DNA of 54,871 nt, taken from positions 1 through 54,871 of the forward strand of contig JALWZB010000087.1 of NCBI GenBank assembly GCA_027002995.1, written 5' to 3'. Shown here in pieces: positions 18,655 to 29,253 of the stretch (the stretch's first letter is position 1; each line of letters starts with the position of its first letter). Below the pieces are notes generated by a model. It was not told where the DNA came from and did not search any database. It saw only the letters and a program-made list of their open reading frames with translations. The stretch comes from Desulfurococcales archaeon. GTDB taxonomy: Archaea > Thermoproteota > Thermoprotei_A > Sulfolobales > NBVN01. Made by a program: the position numbers and the translations under genes.

Positions 18655-19386
18655 TTGCCAGGCACCGTAAAGGTAGGTCAGAGAGAGTTAGTCGCGCCAG
18701 GAGACCTCATCGCTGAAGGTGACTTCAAGATACTATCCCCCTCCACCATCTACAAGGTAGGGAGGAAATACTACTCAGCCGTCGTCGGGTTGGTGCAGTA
18801 CGACGAATCAAGCAACACCCTAAAGATAATACCCCTAGAAGGCTACTACTACCCACAACCAGAGGACATCGTGGTTGGCGTAATCAGGTCCGTAGGCCTA
18901 ACAAGCTGGGAAGTAGACATAAGGGCGCCCTTCCCAGGAATACTTTATGCTTCCGACTTCCTTGGGAGACCGATAAACCCCGCTCGAGAGGAACTCACGG
19001 ACTACCTAGACGTCGGGGACGTAATCGTCGCCAAGATAGAGGTATTCGACCGCACAAGGGATCCACTACTCAGCACTAAGGGCAAGGGGCTAGGGAAGGT
19101 AACGAAGGGAGCTATCGTCGAGATAAACCCCGCGAAAGTGCCTAGAGTCATAGGGAAGAAAGGCTCCATGCAGTCAACCCTTGAGAACGAAACGGGGTGC
19201 AAGCTCGTTGTCGGACGCAACGGAAGGATAGTCATCGACTGCCCCAACCGGGACCTTAAGGACATACTTGTTTTGGCCATAAGGAAGATAGAGAGGGAGG
19301 CCCACATACCCGGGCTGACGGACCGTATAAAGGAGTTCATTGCGAAGGAAAAAGTTAGGAGGGGATTAATAGGTGGGAGGAGCTAA
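18655..19386 (+). CDS. rrp4: Exosome RNA-binding subunit Rrp4
   Basis: S1 + KH domains ([18 protein letters not shown]), [10 protein letters not shown]. Confidence 0.95.
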   Translation: MPGTVKVGQRELVAPGDLIAEGDFKILSPSTIYKVGRKYYSAVVGLVQYDESSNTLKIIPLEGYYYPQPEDIVVGVIRSVGLTSWEVDIRAPFPGILYASDFLGRPINPAREELTDYLDVGDVIVAKIEVFDRTRDPLLSTKGKGLGKVTKGAIVEINPAKVPRVIGKKGSMQSTLENETGCKLVVGRNGRIVIDCPNRDLKDILVLAIRKIEREAHIPGLTDRIKEFIAKEKVRRGLIGGRS

Positions 19387-20113
19387 AGGAGAGAAACCGA
19401 AGCTGATCCTCGAAAACGGCTTGCGGCACGATGGGCGCAGGCCCGATGAACTACGCCCGATAAAAATGCAGGTAGGCGTGCTTAAGAACGCCAACGGTTC
19501 AGCCTACGTGGAATTCGGCAAGACAAGAGTAATAGCGGCGGTGTACGGACCTAGGGAGGCGCAGCCGAAGCACATAGCGATACCGTACCGCGCAGTACTC
19601 AGGTGCAGGTACCACATGGCACCCTTCTCAACCGATGACAGGAAATCACCAGCGCCTACGAGGAGGGAGATAGAGTTATCGAAGGTGATAAGGGAGGCGC
19701 TCGAACCTGTGGTGCTCACCGAGATGTTCCCTAGGGCAGCCATAGACGTGTTCATAGAGGTAATAAGCGCCGACGGCGGCACGAGGACCACCTCATTAAC
19801 AGCGGCATCACTAGCTCTAGCCGACGCCGGAATACCCATGAGGGACCTGGTGGCGGCAGTAGCTGTGGGCAAGGTTGACGGCGTCCTAGTCCTCGACATC
19901 GACCAGGTAGAGGATAACTTCGGCGAAGCCGACATGCCGGTAGCGGCAGCGCCCGCCCTAGGTGAAATAACGCTACTCCAGCTGAACGGCGTCCTAACCA
20001 GGGAGGAGTTTGAGGAAGCCCTAGACTTAGCCCTCAAAGGCATAGAGCAGATCTACAGGATGCAGAAGGAGACCCTCAAGAGGAAGTACCTAGAAGTGGA
20101 GGTGGAGGTGTAA
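19373..20113 (+). CDS. rrp41: Exosome exonuclease Rrp41
   Basis: [33 protein letters not shown]. Confidence 0.97.
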   Translation: MGGAKGEKPKLILENGLRHDGRRPDELRPIKMQVGVLKNANGSAYVEFGKTRVIAAVYGPREAQPKHIAIPYRAVLRCRYHMAPFSTDDRKSPAPTRREIELSKVIREALEPVVLTEMFPRAAIDVFIEVISADGGTRTTSLTAASLALADAGIPMRDLVAAVAVGKVDGVLVLDIDQVEDNFGEADMPVAAAPALGEITLLQLNGVLTREEFEEALDLALKGIEQIYRMQKETLKRKYLEVEVEV

Positions 20114-20117
20114 CGCA

Positions 20118-21416
20118 ATGTCAGTAACCCCATCATCGCCGGACTACATAATCCCCAAACTCAAGGCAGAAACGATAGCGTCGCTAGTCAAGAGAGGAAC
20201 CAGGCTAGACGGGCGTGGACTCCACGACATAAGGCAGGTGGAGATCATACCTAACTACCTACCCAAAGCAGACGGCTCAGCCCTAGTGAAGCTAGGGAAC
20301 ACGCAGGTACTAGTAGGTGTGAAGCTAGAGGTAGGAACACCGTACCCCGATGCCCCAGACCAAGGCGTAATAATAGTTTCCGCGGAGTTCGTACCCATGG
20401 CATCGCCAGTATTCGAGCCAGGGCCGCCCGACGAGAACGCCATCGAGCTAGCGAGGGTTATAGACAGGTCAATAAGGGAGCTAGGCGCCATAGACCTAAG
20501 CAAGCTAGTCCTAATCCCGGGTAAGAAGGTGTGGGTTGTGTGGATAGACATCTACGTCCTAGACCATGACGGGAACCTTGTAGATGCGTCATCAATAGCG
20601 ACACTAGCCGCCCTACTAACCGCGAAGATACCTAAGGCAGTGATAAGCGAGGAAGACGAACAAATAGTCGTCGACAAAACAACGCACGTAGCGCAACTCC
20701 CCTTACTGAAGAAAGTGGTCACAGTAACTGTAGGGAAGCTAGGGAAAGCACTCATTGTGGACCCAGACCTGGAAGAGGAAAGTGTGCTGGATACTAAGAT
20801 AATATTCGCGATATCGGAGGACGGGAGGATAGCAGGGATCCAGAAGAGCGGTCCCTCCTCAATAACCAAGGACGAAGTCCTAAGAGCCACAGACGTAGCA
20901 ATAAAGAAAGGACAAGAACTAATCAAGATCATTGAACAAGCAGTCGAGGCCGCGGTAAAGCAAGCTGAAGCCAAGGAGGAAAAGAAGGTAGAGGAAGTGA
21001 AGGAGGAGAAGGAGGAAGCACTCGAGGCGAAGGAAAGTGCTGTCGAAGAAGTGACGGAGGGTGAGGAAGTAGAGGAAACATCCGAAACCATCGAAGCCGC
21101 CGAAGAGGAAGAGGAGGGTAAGGAAGAGGAAGTAACCGAGGAGAGGGAGGCTGAGGAACCAGTCAAGAAGCTAGAGGAGGAAGTGGAAGAAGAGCCAGCA
21201 AAAAAAGAAGCCGCCCCAGCCGCTCGAGAGGAAAGGGAAGGACAACCGACAGAAGCAGAGCGGGAGGAAAAGGAAGAGGAAGCAAGGGAGGCAAAAGGGA
21301 AGGAGGTAGAGGGAGAAGCAGGGGAAAAGGTAGGAGCCGAGGAAGCGGTGGGCGAAGAGGAAAGCAGTAAGGAGAAGAAGACTGGCGATGAGGAAAGCTT
21401 AAATTCAACTCAATAA
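20118..21416 (+). CDS. rrp42: Exosome subunit Rrp42 with long Glu-rich C-terminal extension
   Basis: RLDGR, FEPGPPDENAIELARVIDR, DHDGNLVDA; about 150 aa acidic tail after the core. Confidence 0.95.
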   Translation: MSVTPSSPDYIIPKLKAETIASLVKRGTRLDGRGLHDIRQVEIIPNYLPKADGSALVKLGNTQVLVGVKLEVGTPYPDAPDQGVIIVSAEFVPMASPVFEPGPPDENAIELARVIDRSIRELGAIDLSKLVLIPGKKVWVVWIDIYVLDHDGNLVDASSIATLAALLTAKIPKAVISEEDEQIVVDKTTHVAQLPLLKKVVTVTVGKLGKALIVDPDLEEESVLDTKIIFAISEDGRIAGIQKSGPSSITKDEVLRATDVAIKKGQELIKIIEQAVEAAVKQAEAKEEKKVEEVKEEKEEALEAKESAVEEVTEGEEVEETSETIEAAEEEEEGKEEEVTEEREAEEPVKKLEEEVEEEPAKKEAAPAAREEREGQPTEAEREEKEEEAREAKGKEVEGEAGEKVGAEEAVGEEESSKEKKTGDEESLNSTQ

Positions 21417-21439
21417 ACGAATGAGGCAGGTGCGGCAGA

Positions 21440-21706
21440 ATGGGCAAGAGAACTAAGGTAGTAGGTATCGCGGGGCGGTTCGGGGCTAGGTACGGCTCAA
21501 CGCTGAGGAAACGATGGAAGAGGGTCATGGAACGCAGGTACGCCCCCTATGAATGCCCCCACTGTGGAACAAAGACCGTTATGAAGAGAATAGCCGTCGG
21601 CCTGTGGAAGTGCCCTAAGTGCGGAACGGTGTTTGCGGGAGGCGCGTACCAACCCACAACAGAGCTCAGTAAGACCGTAATAGGGCGTCAAACAAGGCAA
21701 TGGTAG
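21440..21706 (+). CDS. rpl37ae: 50S ribosomal protein eL43 (L37Ae)
   Basis: GRFGARYG, CxxC...CxxC, FAGGAY. Confidence 0.96.
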   Translation: MGKRTKVVGIAGRFGARYGSTLRKRWKRVMERRYAPYECPHCGTKTVMKRIAVGLWKCPKCGTVFAGGAYQPTTELSKTVIGRQTRQW

Positions 21707-21720
21707 CGTGTTAGCAGACG

Positions 21721-22296
21721 ATGAGCGTAGGAAGACACGAAAATAAATTATTGATAACCACATCCCGCGAACCCTCTAGGAGAACACGGTCTTTTATCAA
21801 GGACTTAGTCACCACGATACCCCACGCAATAAAGTTTAACCGAGGTAAAGCCACGCTACTAGACCTCTCCTCAATAGCCCGCAGAACAGGAGCATATGGT
21901 GTACTGATAGTCCTCGAGAAAAAGGCAAACCCCTCAGCACTCACTTTCCACACACCCGAGCCAGACGGGCTCAAGAGGGTCTCGCTACTGAAGATAACAT
22001 CGGTTAAGTTAATGAGGGAAATGCTGGACTCGCAGAAGCCCCTAGGAATAAATAAGATCATCATGAACCTCAAAGGAACCGAGAAGGACGAGTTACTCGC
22101 CGAGACAGCCGAGGAACTCATAAGGGCCTTACGGCCGGAAGTAGCTCAATACGAGGGGGAGACTGAGCCAGCCGTAGAGGTAATCCTCGGGAGAAGAGAG
22201 GACGGCGTGGTGGTGAACTTCGTATGCACCTCCACAGGCAGGCCCTGCGGTCCTCGCTTCGTAGTGACTAAGGTGATAAGGTATGACCAGCGATGA
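21721..22296 (+). CDS. Brix-domain ribosome biogenesis protein
   Basis: LITTSREPSRRTRSF, NRGK; superoperon context. Confidence 0.9.
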   Translation: MSVGRHENKLLITTSREPSRRTRSFIKDLVTTIPHAIKFNRGKATLLDLSSIARRTGAYGVLIVLEKKANPSALTFHTPEPDGLKRVSLLKITSVKLMREMLDSQKPLGINKIIMNLKGTEKDELLAETAEELIRALRPEVAQYEGETEPAVEVILGRREDGVVVNFVCTSTGRPCGPRFVVTKVIRYDQR

Positions 22297-22558
22297 GGTC
22301 AAACACATATCACTAAGCATACTACTGGACGACATCCCCGAAGACCTAAGTGAAACACTGGTCAAGTCACTTAAGCCGGAAATGGAAAGTGAGATGCGTG
22401 GAGTTAGAGCCAATATAAGCTTAGATGAGGAGGGCGTGAAGATCGAGATACGCGCACCCAACCACTCAGCATTCAGGGCGGCTCTCAACAGCGTTCTACG
22501 CCTATCTAGCACCGTGCTGAACCTCATAGACGAACTAAGGAGGAGGAACCTAGCTTAA
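22283..22558 (+). CDS. pcc1: KEOPS subunit Pcc1
   Basis: SLKPE, FRAALNSVLRL; context. Confidence 0.85.
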   Translation: MTSDEVKHISLSILLDDIPEDLSETLVKSLKPEMESEMRGVRANISLDEEGVKIEIRAPNHSAFRAALNSVLRLSSTVLNLIDELRRRNLA

Positions 22559-22611
22559 CCACCAGCAATATTTAAAGTCCTCCCCATCTATGGTGAGAGG
22601 GTGAGGATTAA

Positions 22612-22983
22612 GTGGCGCAAAGAATACCCCCCGAGCTAGAGCAGGCAGTGATAAAGTACCAGCAAGTGGAATCCCAGCTCGCTTCAATAATCGCGCAGAA
22701 ATCCGTCATAACCTCAGAGATCAGCGAGATCGACAGGACCCTAAACATTCTGAAGTCCGTTAGCGAGGACACACCGGTGTACAAGAACACGGGCTTCGTC
22801 CTAATTAAGGTTCCTAAGGATGAAGTAATCAAGGAGCTAGAGGAGAAGAAAGAGGAGCTAGAAATCAGACTCAACAGTTTCTCGAAAATGGAGGAAACCC
22901 TGAAAAAGCAGTTAGAGGAGCTAAAGAAGAAGCTCGAGAAATTCAGCTTAGGCAGACCTACGGGGGCTCCCAAAGCTGGTTAA
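22612..22983 (+). CDS. pfdB: Prefoldin beta subunit
   Basis: Coiled coils flanking the VYKNTGFVLI hairpin; context. Confidence 0.93.
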   Translation: MAQRIPPELEQAVIKYQQVESQLASIIAQKSVITSEISEIDRTLNILKSVSEDTPVYKNTGFVLIKVPKDEVIKELEEKKEELEIRLNSFSKMEETLKKQLEELKKKLEKFSLGRPTGAPKAG

Positions 22984-23314
22984 GCGCAAGGTCCCCATCG
23001 AGAAGATAGGTATAAACGCGAGCTCATTAAGCACAGATGAGTTAGAGGAAATAGCGTTAAGGGCATCAGAAGAACTTCTTTCATCACTAAAGCAACTCAT
23101 CCCAAGACGCGATGACTACCTAGCCCACATATCAATTCAACGTGAAGGAGAGGCCGTGAACGTCTTAGTAAATGTGGAGGTGGAGGGGACAGCACCGCTA
23201 ACCCCTCAACTCGAGGCGCTAATAGATGAGGCCATAGACAAGGCGCTCAAGGTGGTAAGGGATGAACTTAAGCGTAGAGCCAGCAGACGCGGAGAGGCTG
23301 AGGAAGTGGGTTGA
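22976..23314 (+). CDS. DUF3194-like conserved protein, probable CTG start (not in ORF track)
   Basis: 112-codon frame LVKRKVPIEKIGINASSLSTDELEEIA...LEALIDEAIDKALKVVRDELKR fills the pfdB-DHH gap. In-frame TAG at 22949; GGGGG 9 nt upstream of the CTG. Confidence 0.72.
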   Translation: MVKRKVPIEKIGINASSLSTDELEEIALRASEELLSSLKQLIPRRDDYLAHISIQREGEAVNVLVNVEVEGTAPLTPQLEALIDEAIDKALKVVRDELKRRASRRGEAEEVG

Positions 23315-24320
23315 GGGTCTAGGAGAGGGTACCGTATGCATAGCGATGCACAGGAACGCCGACCCAGACGCCCTAGCCTCAGCCTTGGGGGTTAAGGAGA
23401 TACTTCAGAGCCTAGCCATTAAGAAAAACATACTCGTACTAACGTCTGAGGGTCTAGAACAGGTATCGAAGAAACTCCTAGAGGCCCTAGCACCGAGGGC
23501 CGAGGTAATTAATGATAACCCAAGTAAGTGTGACGCGGCCGTAATCGTTGATACCTCAACACCGCAGCAGCTGAATAAGTTGTCCTCGTTGCTGAGCAAG
23601 CCCTACGTCGTGATAGACCATCACGAGGTAAATGACCTAGTTGAGGGGGCAGACGTGAGCATTCATAGACCCTCAGCCGCGTCAACCAGCGAGCTAGTGG
23701 CTGAGTTAATGATGTACCTCAAAGTAAGACCTGATTCCAGAATCCTCACGTTCCTCATAGCTGGTGTGCTCTACGACACCAGGATACTCAGGTTAGCCAG
23801 CCCAGAAACCTTCGCCGTAATGGCGTGGCTAACCGAGAACGGAGGCGATTACAGGCAAGCTCTTAACATCCTCACACTACGGGAGGTAAGCCGCTCAGAA
23901 GTAATAGCCAGGTTGAAGGGCCTCTCAAGGACTGGGCTATACAGGCTAAACAAAGAAGTAATACTTGCGGTGACGTGCATCGGCGCACATGAATCGGCCG
24001 TGCTTAAAGCCCTCATCGACGCTGGTGCCGACGTAGCCATCGCCGTAGCGAAAAGACCTAACGCAACACGGATAACTATCCGCATATCACAGTCATTCCT
24101 CAAGAAGTTCGGGGGCGAACCCATAGCCTCAAACCTAGCACTACACTTCGCAAAAGAACTCGGTGGCTCGGGCGGAGGGCACGCGGGTGCTGCGGGAGCA
24201 CTAATAAACTCTCGCGTAAGCCCTAAGCAGATCCTGAAAACCATAGCACGTTTCTTCGCGAGAAAAGGGTATAGCATAGGGATACTTGAGGAGGGTCGTT
24301 GGATGGAGGAGTGTGAGTAG
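23262..24320 (+). CDS. DHH-family phosphoesterase
   Basis: HRNADPDA, IVDT, IDHH, GGSGGGH. Confidence 0.92.
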   Translation: MNLSVEPADAERLRKWVEGLGEGTVCIAMHRNADPDALASALGVKEILQSLAIKKNILVLTSEGLEQVSKKLLEALAPRAEVINDNPSKCDAAVIVDTSTPQQLNKLSSLLSKPYVVIDHHEVNDLVEGADVSIHRPSAASTSELVAELMMYLKVRPDSRILTFLIAGVLYDTRILRLASPETFAVMAWLTENGGDYRQALNILTLREVSRSEVIARLKGLSRTGLYRLNKEVILAVTCIGAHESAVLKALIDAGADVAIAVAKRPNATRITIRISQSFLKKFGGEPIASNLALHFAKELGGSGGGHAGAAGALINSRVSPKQILKTIARFFARKGYSIGILEEGRWMEECE

Positions 24321-24322
24321 GG

Positions 24323-25054
24323 TTGGTGAAGGTTTACGTCGACCTCAGAGAGAAAGCCTCCCACGTACCGAAGTACCTCACCGAGATGGGCGTATCAGTG
24401 ATCTACAAGCAGCTAGAGGTAGGTGATTACATGGTTACCGAGGACACGGTCATCGAGAGAAAAAGGGTCGACGACTTAGCCCACTCGGTTTTCGAGGGAA
24501 GGTTCTTCGACCAGGTGCGTCGCCTAAAGGCATCCGGCCTAAGGACGTTCATCTTAGTTGAAGGCGACCTAATGTACTTACGCCGCATAACCAACAAGTA
24601 CAAAGCCGTCGAGGCAGCGCTAGTAACGGCAGTAATATACAACAACATCCCAGTAATTTACACGAGAAACTCAAAACACACGGCTGAAACAATAAAGCTG
24701 ATTGCTGAGAAGCTCCAAACAACTAGGAAACCCTCCGCCACGGCACTCTTTCCAACGTACAGGAAACAGCAGAAGCCTAAGGAACAGGACCTAAGCGAAT
24801 GGCAACTTTACGTCCTTGCATCCTTCCCAGGCATAGGGCCGACACTAGCTGACAGATTACTAAGGAAGTTCGGTAGTCTGAGGGCGGTGCTCGAGGCTTC
24901 CCCTGTGGAGCTCTCGCGTGTAGAAGGTATTAGTGAGGAGAAGGCCCAGTTAATTAAACGCATACTTGACTACCCATATAGCAAGAAACATGAAGGAGTA
25001 GGTGGGGGTCTAGAGCGGTTCTACAGCAAGGAACACGAGAGGAAGCAGGAGTGA
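24323..25054 (+). CDS. xpf: Crenarchaeal XPF/ERCC4 structure-specific nuclease
   Basis: VDLRE, GDY...IERK, HhH2 (FPGIG, VEGIS), C-terminal PIP-like GLERFY. Confidence 0.93.
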   Translation: MVKVYVDLREKASHVPKYLTEMGVSVIYKQLEVGDYMVTEDTVIERKRVDDLAHSVFEGRFFDQVRRLKASGLRTFILVEGDLMYLRRITNKYKAVEAALVTAVIYNNIPVIYTRNSKHTAETIKLIAEKLQTTRKPSATALFPTYRKQQKPKEQDLSEWQLYVLASFPGIGPTLADRLLRKFGSLRAVLEASPVELSRVEGISEEKAQLIKRILDYPYSKKHEGVGGGLERFYSKEHERKQE

Positions 25055-25110
25055 GTGCCTTACTGCTAAGCTTTTAAATTCCAATGCTTCTATCCCCTAG
25101 GTTAGGAATC

Positions 25111-27327
25111 ATGCCCAGATACAAGACTGTGGAACAGATACAGAAGCTAATGTCTAACCTAGAGCGCGTCAGGAACATAGGAATAATCGCGCACGTAGAC
25201 CACGGCAAGACTACGACATCGGACCTGCTGCTAGCAGCGGCAGGAATAATTTCAGTCAAGGTCGCTGGTGAGGCGCTGGCCCTAGACTACCTCGACGTCG
25301 AGCAGAAGAGAGGCGTCACCGTAAAGTCGGCCAACATTAGCCTCTACCACGAAATGGGTGGTAAAGGCTACGTAATCAACCTAATCGACACGCCCGGACA
25401 CGTGGACTTCTCAGGTAAAGTCACAAGGTCCCTAAGAGTACTTGACGGTGCCATCGTTGTCGTAGACGCCGTTGAAGGCGTGATGACACAGACTGAGACC
25501 GTACTAAGGCAGGCACTTGAGGAGAGGGTAAGGCCACTCCTATACATCAACAAGGTCGACAGGCTCATAAAGGAACTCAAGCTATCACCTCAGGAAATAC
25601 AGAAGAGATTCATAACGATCATTAAGGAAGTGAACAGCCTCATCAAGGAATACGCCGAACCAGGGTTCAGGGACAAGTGGTTACTAGATCCCGCCAAAGG
25701 CCAGGTAGCGTTCGGTTCAGCGAGGGATAAGATAGGCCTGACGGTACCTTACGCCAAGAGGAAAGGAATAACGATCATGGACATGATGAACGCTTACGCC
25801 AAAGGAAAGCAAGCCGTGGAGGAATTACAGAAAGCTATACCACTTCACGAAGCCCTACTGGAAATGGTCATTAACCACGTGCCCAACCCGAAGGAAGCCC
25901 AGAAGTACAGGATACCTAAGATATGGAAGGGCGACATAAACTCCGAGTTAGGGCAAGCCATGATGAACGCCGACCCCAACGGCCCGACGGTCTTCCTAGT
26001 GAGTGACATGAGGATAGACCCACACGCAGGCATGGTAGCGACCGGCAGGGTATTCTCAGGAACGCTAAGGCCCGGCCAGGAACTGTGGCTCGTCATGGCA
26101 AGAACGAAACAGAGGGCACTACAGGTTAGCCTCTACATGGGTCCGATTAGGGAGCAAGTGAATGCGGTACTCGCCGGAAACATAGGTGCAGTGCTAGGCC
26201 TAGACAAAGCTAGGGCAGGTGAAACCGCGGTCGAGGTTGCCTTCAAGGATCAGGCAGCCCCGTTCGAAAAGCTACACTACGTATCCGAGCCTGTCGTGAC
26301 GATGGCTATAGAGCCGAAGCGCATGCAGGACTTGACAAAGCTAATCGACGCGTTAAGGAAGATGTCGATCGAGGACCCGAACCTAGTCGTGAAGATAAAT
26401 GAGGAGACAGGCGAGTACCTAATATCTGGTATGGGCCCACTCCACTTAGAGATCGTCCTAACGCTCCTTAAGGAGAACTACGGGCTTGAAGTAGAAACAT
26501 CACCACCTATCGTAGTTTACAGGGAAACCGTCAGGGCAGCCTCAAGAGTGCTTGAGGGTAAGTCACCGAACAAGCACAACAAGCTCTACATAAGTGTCGA
26601 GCCACTAAATAACGAGACAATCCAGCTAATTCAGCAGGGCGTCATCTCCGAGGACATGGACGCTAGGGAGAGAGCCAAGATACTCAGAGACAAGGCTGGA
26701 TGGGACTACGACGAAGCCCGCCGCATATGGGCGATTGACGAGAACTTCAACATATTCGTGGATAGGACCGTTGGTGTGCAGCACCTAAGGGAAGTCAAGG
26801 ACACGATAATCCAGGGCTTCAGGTTAGCAATGGCTGAAGGTCCACTAGCTAAGGAACCGGTGAGGGGTGTTAAGGTAATACTGCATGACGCCATAGTGCA
26901 CGAGGACCCAGCCCACAGAGGTCCAGCCCAGCTATTTCCGGCCGTCAGGAACCCGATATACGCTGGAATGCTCATGGCGCGTCCAACACTCCTAGAGCCC
27001 ATACAGAAGCTGGACATTAAGACCCCGATGGAAACAATGAGCGCGGTCATCTCAGTCATAACAAGGAAGAGAGGCAAGGTACTGGACGTTATTCAGCTAA
27101 GCCCAACCCAAGTGAGGATAATAGCCGAAATACCCGTGGCAGAGTCAATGAACCTAGCGAATGAGTTAAGATCAGCCACAGCCGGCAGGGCCTTCTGGGG
27201 CACTGAATTCAGTAGGTGGGCTCCGGTACCTGACTCACTTCTAATGGACATAGTGAAGAAGATCAGGCAGAGGAAGGGACTAAAGCCAGAACCGCCAAAG
27301 CCAGAGGACTTCATATCCCCCTACTAA
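25111..27327 (+). CDS. fusA: Translation elongation factor 2
   Basis: [21 protein letters not shown], diphthamide loop [11 protein letters not shown] 25111 (MPRYK) preferred. Confidence 0.98.
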   Translation: MPRYKTVEQIQKLMSNLERVRNIGIIAHVDHGKTTTSDLLLAAAGIISVKVAGEALALDYLDVEQKRGVTVKSANISLYHEMGGKGYVINLIDTPGHVDFSGKVTRSLRVLDGAIVVVDAVEGVMTQTETVLRQALEERVRPLLYINKVDRLIKELKLSPQEIQKRFITIIKEVNSLIKEYAEPGFRDKWLLDPAKGQVAFGSARDKIGLTVPYAKRKGITIMDMMNAYAKGKQAVEELQKAIPLHEALLEMVINHVPNPKEAQKYRIPKIWKGDINSELGQAMMNADPNGPTVFLVSDMRIDPHAGMVATGRVFSGTLRPGQELWLVMARTKQRALQVSLYMGPIREQVNAVLAGNIGAVLGLDKARAGETAVEVAFKDQAAPFEKLHYVSEPVVTMAIEPKRMQDLTKLIDALRKMSIEDPNLVVKINEETGEYLISGMGPLHLEIVLTLLKENYGLEVETSPPIVVYRETVRAASRVLEGKSPNKHNKLYISVEPLNNETIQLIQQGVISEDMDARERAKILRDKAGWDYDEARRIWAIDENFNIFVDRTVGVQHLREVKDTIIQGFRLAMAEGPLAKEPVRGVKVILHDAIVHEDPAHRGPAQLFPAVRNPIYAGMLMARPTLLEPIQKLDIKTPMETMSAVISVITRKRGKVLDVIQLSPTQVRIIAEIPVAESMNLANELRSATAGRAFWGTEFSRWAPVPDSLLMDIVKKIRQRKGLKPEPPKPEDFISPY

Positions 27328-27346
27328 CCCTAGGCTTTTTAGCAAC

Positions 27347-28192
27347 CTACATAACCCTAGGAGTGAACGAAACCCAAACACGCCTGCCAATTAACTCATA
27401 ACCAATTCTCCTATACGCCCTTATCGCCGGGTAGTTATCCTCACGCACATGAAGCAATGCGTAAGCCCCCGAAAGAAGCGCCTCCCTAGTAACCGCCGCA
27501 GTAACGGCCTTAGCAAACCCTCTTCCCCTAAAGTCAGGATGCGTGAACACTCCACCCACGACCCACACGTTAGGTGTCCTCACGTAAGTCCTCGCAACCG
27601 ACACTAGCTTACCGTCAATGAACACTCCGTAGCACACGTGATCATTAAGCGCCTCCAGTAGAACCTCCCTCGAAATCTTCACACCCACGGAGTCCCAGAA
27701 CTCCTGTAGGGCGTCTATATCGCTGGGCTTTAATTTAACACACTCAGCCATGTAAGTAACGCCCCAAGGGAATGTATCCGGCGTCGCAACCATGTCAAGC
27801 ATGACGCGCTCATCACTCACGCTACCATACTTCAGTAACTCACGCTTGACGCTGGGGTACTCATTAAAGGGTACCCAAACAAGCGACTTAAGCCTCAGCA
27901 CCTCATACAAGGGCACACCACTTAACTCTCCATACAGTATTACTGTCTGTGGCTCAAACCTAAACCAGGCGAGAGCATATCCAACAATAACGTCATCCTC
28001 AACCCTAAGCAGGGCCTTGGACACGTCAGGGTAGACCGCGATGTCGTAGAGCAAGTAAGCATAATTTACGGGGTCATCAAGGTAGTTCCTCCCTACAAGC
28101 CTGATGAGCTCTGGATCACCGCCCTGAACCCTAAGTAATTTCTCAGTACTACTCAAGGAAGTGACCACCAATAAATAATAAAGAAGCAACAA
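27347..28192 (-). CDS. GNAT acetyltransferase (C-terminal FR47-like domain)
   Basis: VFTHPDFRGRGFA, NYPAIRAYRRIGY; start uncertain. Confidence 0.85.
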   Translation of the reverse strand: MLLLYYLLVVTSLSSTEKLLRVQGGDPELIRLVGRNYLDDPVNYAYLLYDIAVYPDVSKALLRVEDDVIVGYALAWFRFEPQTVILYGELSGVPLYEVLRLKSLVWVPFNEYPSVKRELLKYGSVSDERVMLDMVATPDTFPWGVTYMAECVKLKPSDIDALQEFWDSVGVKISREVLLEALNDHVCYGVFIDGKLVSVARTYVRTPNVWVVGGVFTHPDFRGRGFAKAVTAAVTREALLSGAYALLHVREDNYPAIRAYRRIGYELIGRRVWVSFTPRVM

Positions 28193-28198
28193 AAACCC

Positions 28199-29236
28199 TT
28201 ACCCGCGTAGCTCTATGCCCCAGAACCTTTCCAGCACTGACATTACATCCCTTGCCCAAACACCCTTAATGGGCATCGGCACACGTTTCTTAACGGCCCT
28301 CTGTGAGAAACCCCTTAAGAAGCTCCTCAGGCCAGCAGGTAATGCATTACCGTAGCCACCCTCCAACACTATCACCGCACCCTTAACACGGTGCTGAACC
28401 AGCTCAGCAACGAATGACCCAAGCGCCATGAACACCTCATCAGAAGCCCTTAGGGTGGACATGGGGTCAAGGACGTGCGAGTCAAACCCCGCAGAAACAA
28501 CTAAGGCATCCGGTTTGAAAGCCTCTGCAAGCCTCGGTAACACCTCGTGAATTACCCACATGAACTCCTTATCGCTGGCGCTGTGGGGTAAAGGTATGTT
28601 TATCTTAGTGCCCTCAGCACCCTCCCCACCAACATCGTTGACACTCCCCGTGCCGGGGTATATTCCATACTCGTGCATGTCAATGTGAAGTACTCTCGGC
28701 TCGTGCCAGAATATTTCCTGTGTGCCGTTCCCGTGGTGTGCATCAAAGTCTAGCACCATGACCTTCAAGCCCTTACCTAGGAAATTCCGTATAGCTATGG
28801 CGGCGTTATTGAATATGCAGAAACCATTAGATAAAGCTCCCATCGCGGGCCCAGACCTTCCGGCATGGTGACCTGGTGGTCTAACCAATGCAAGCGTAGG
28901 GGCATGTACCTCTAGGGAAACGTCAGCAGCGTTCCATGCCGCGCTAGCAGCTAGGAGCGCTACCTTGAACGTGTGTTCGTTAACGTACGTGTCAGCGTCT
29001 ATGTAATGAAGCCCCTTCTTACTCTCGCTCTCTATGTACTCAACATACTTTTTCTCGTGGATTAGCTCAATGATTCTCCTCGAGGGTGGCGGGGGCTCAA
29101 TTACCCTAAGTTCCTCCTTAGGAACAACCTCCTTAACGATTGAGAAAGCCATTAACACACGTTCAGGACTCTCAGGATGTGGGTTAATGGGATCCTCATG
29201 CAACGTGAAGGTTCTCGAAAAGTAAGTTATTAACAA
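28199..29236 (-). CDS. Histone deacetylase-family amidohydrolase
   Basis: HPESPER, RPPGHHA, GFCIFNN, DFDAHHGNGTQ, SAGFD, LEGGY. Confidence 0.95.
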   Translation of the reverse strand: MLITYFSRTFTLHEDPINPHPESPERVLMAFSIVKEVVPKEELRVIEPPPPSRRIIELIHEKKYVEYIESESKKGLHYIDADTYVNEHTFKVALLAASAAWNAADVSLEVHAPTLALVRPPGHHAGRSGPAMGALSNGFCIFNNAAIAIRNFLGKGLKVMVLDFDAHHGNGTQEIFWHEPRVLHIDMHEYGIYPGTGSVNDVGGEGAEGTKINIPLPHSASDKEFMWVIHEVLPRLAEAFKPDALVVSAGFDSHVLDPMSTLRASDEVFMALGSFVAELVQHRVKGAVIVLEGGYGNALPAGLRSFLRGFSQRAVKKRVPMPIKGVWARDVMSVLERFWGIELRG

Positions 29237-29253
29237 CCCGCAACACCGGGTGA

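Noticed and set aside
19504..21528. Long Ser-rich antisense ORFs here and opposite other conserved genes
   Set aside because: Codon-bias shadows of well-supported genes
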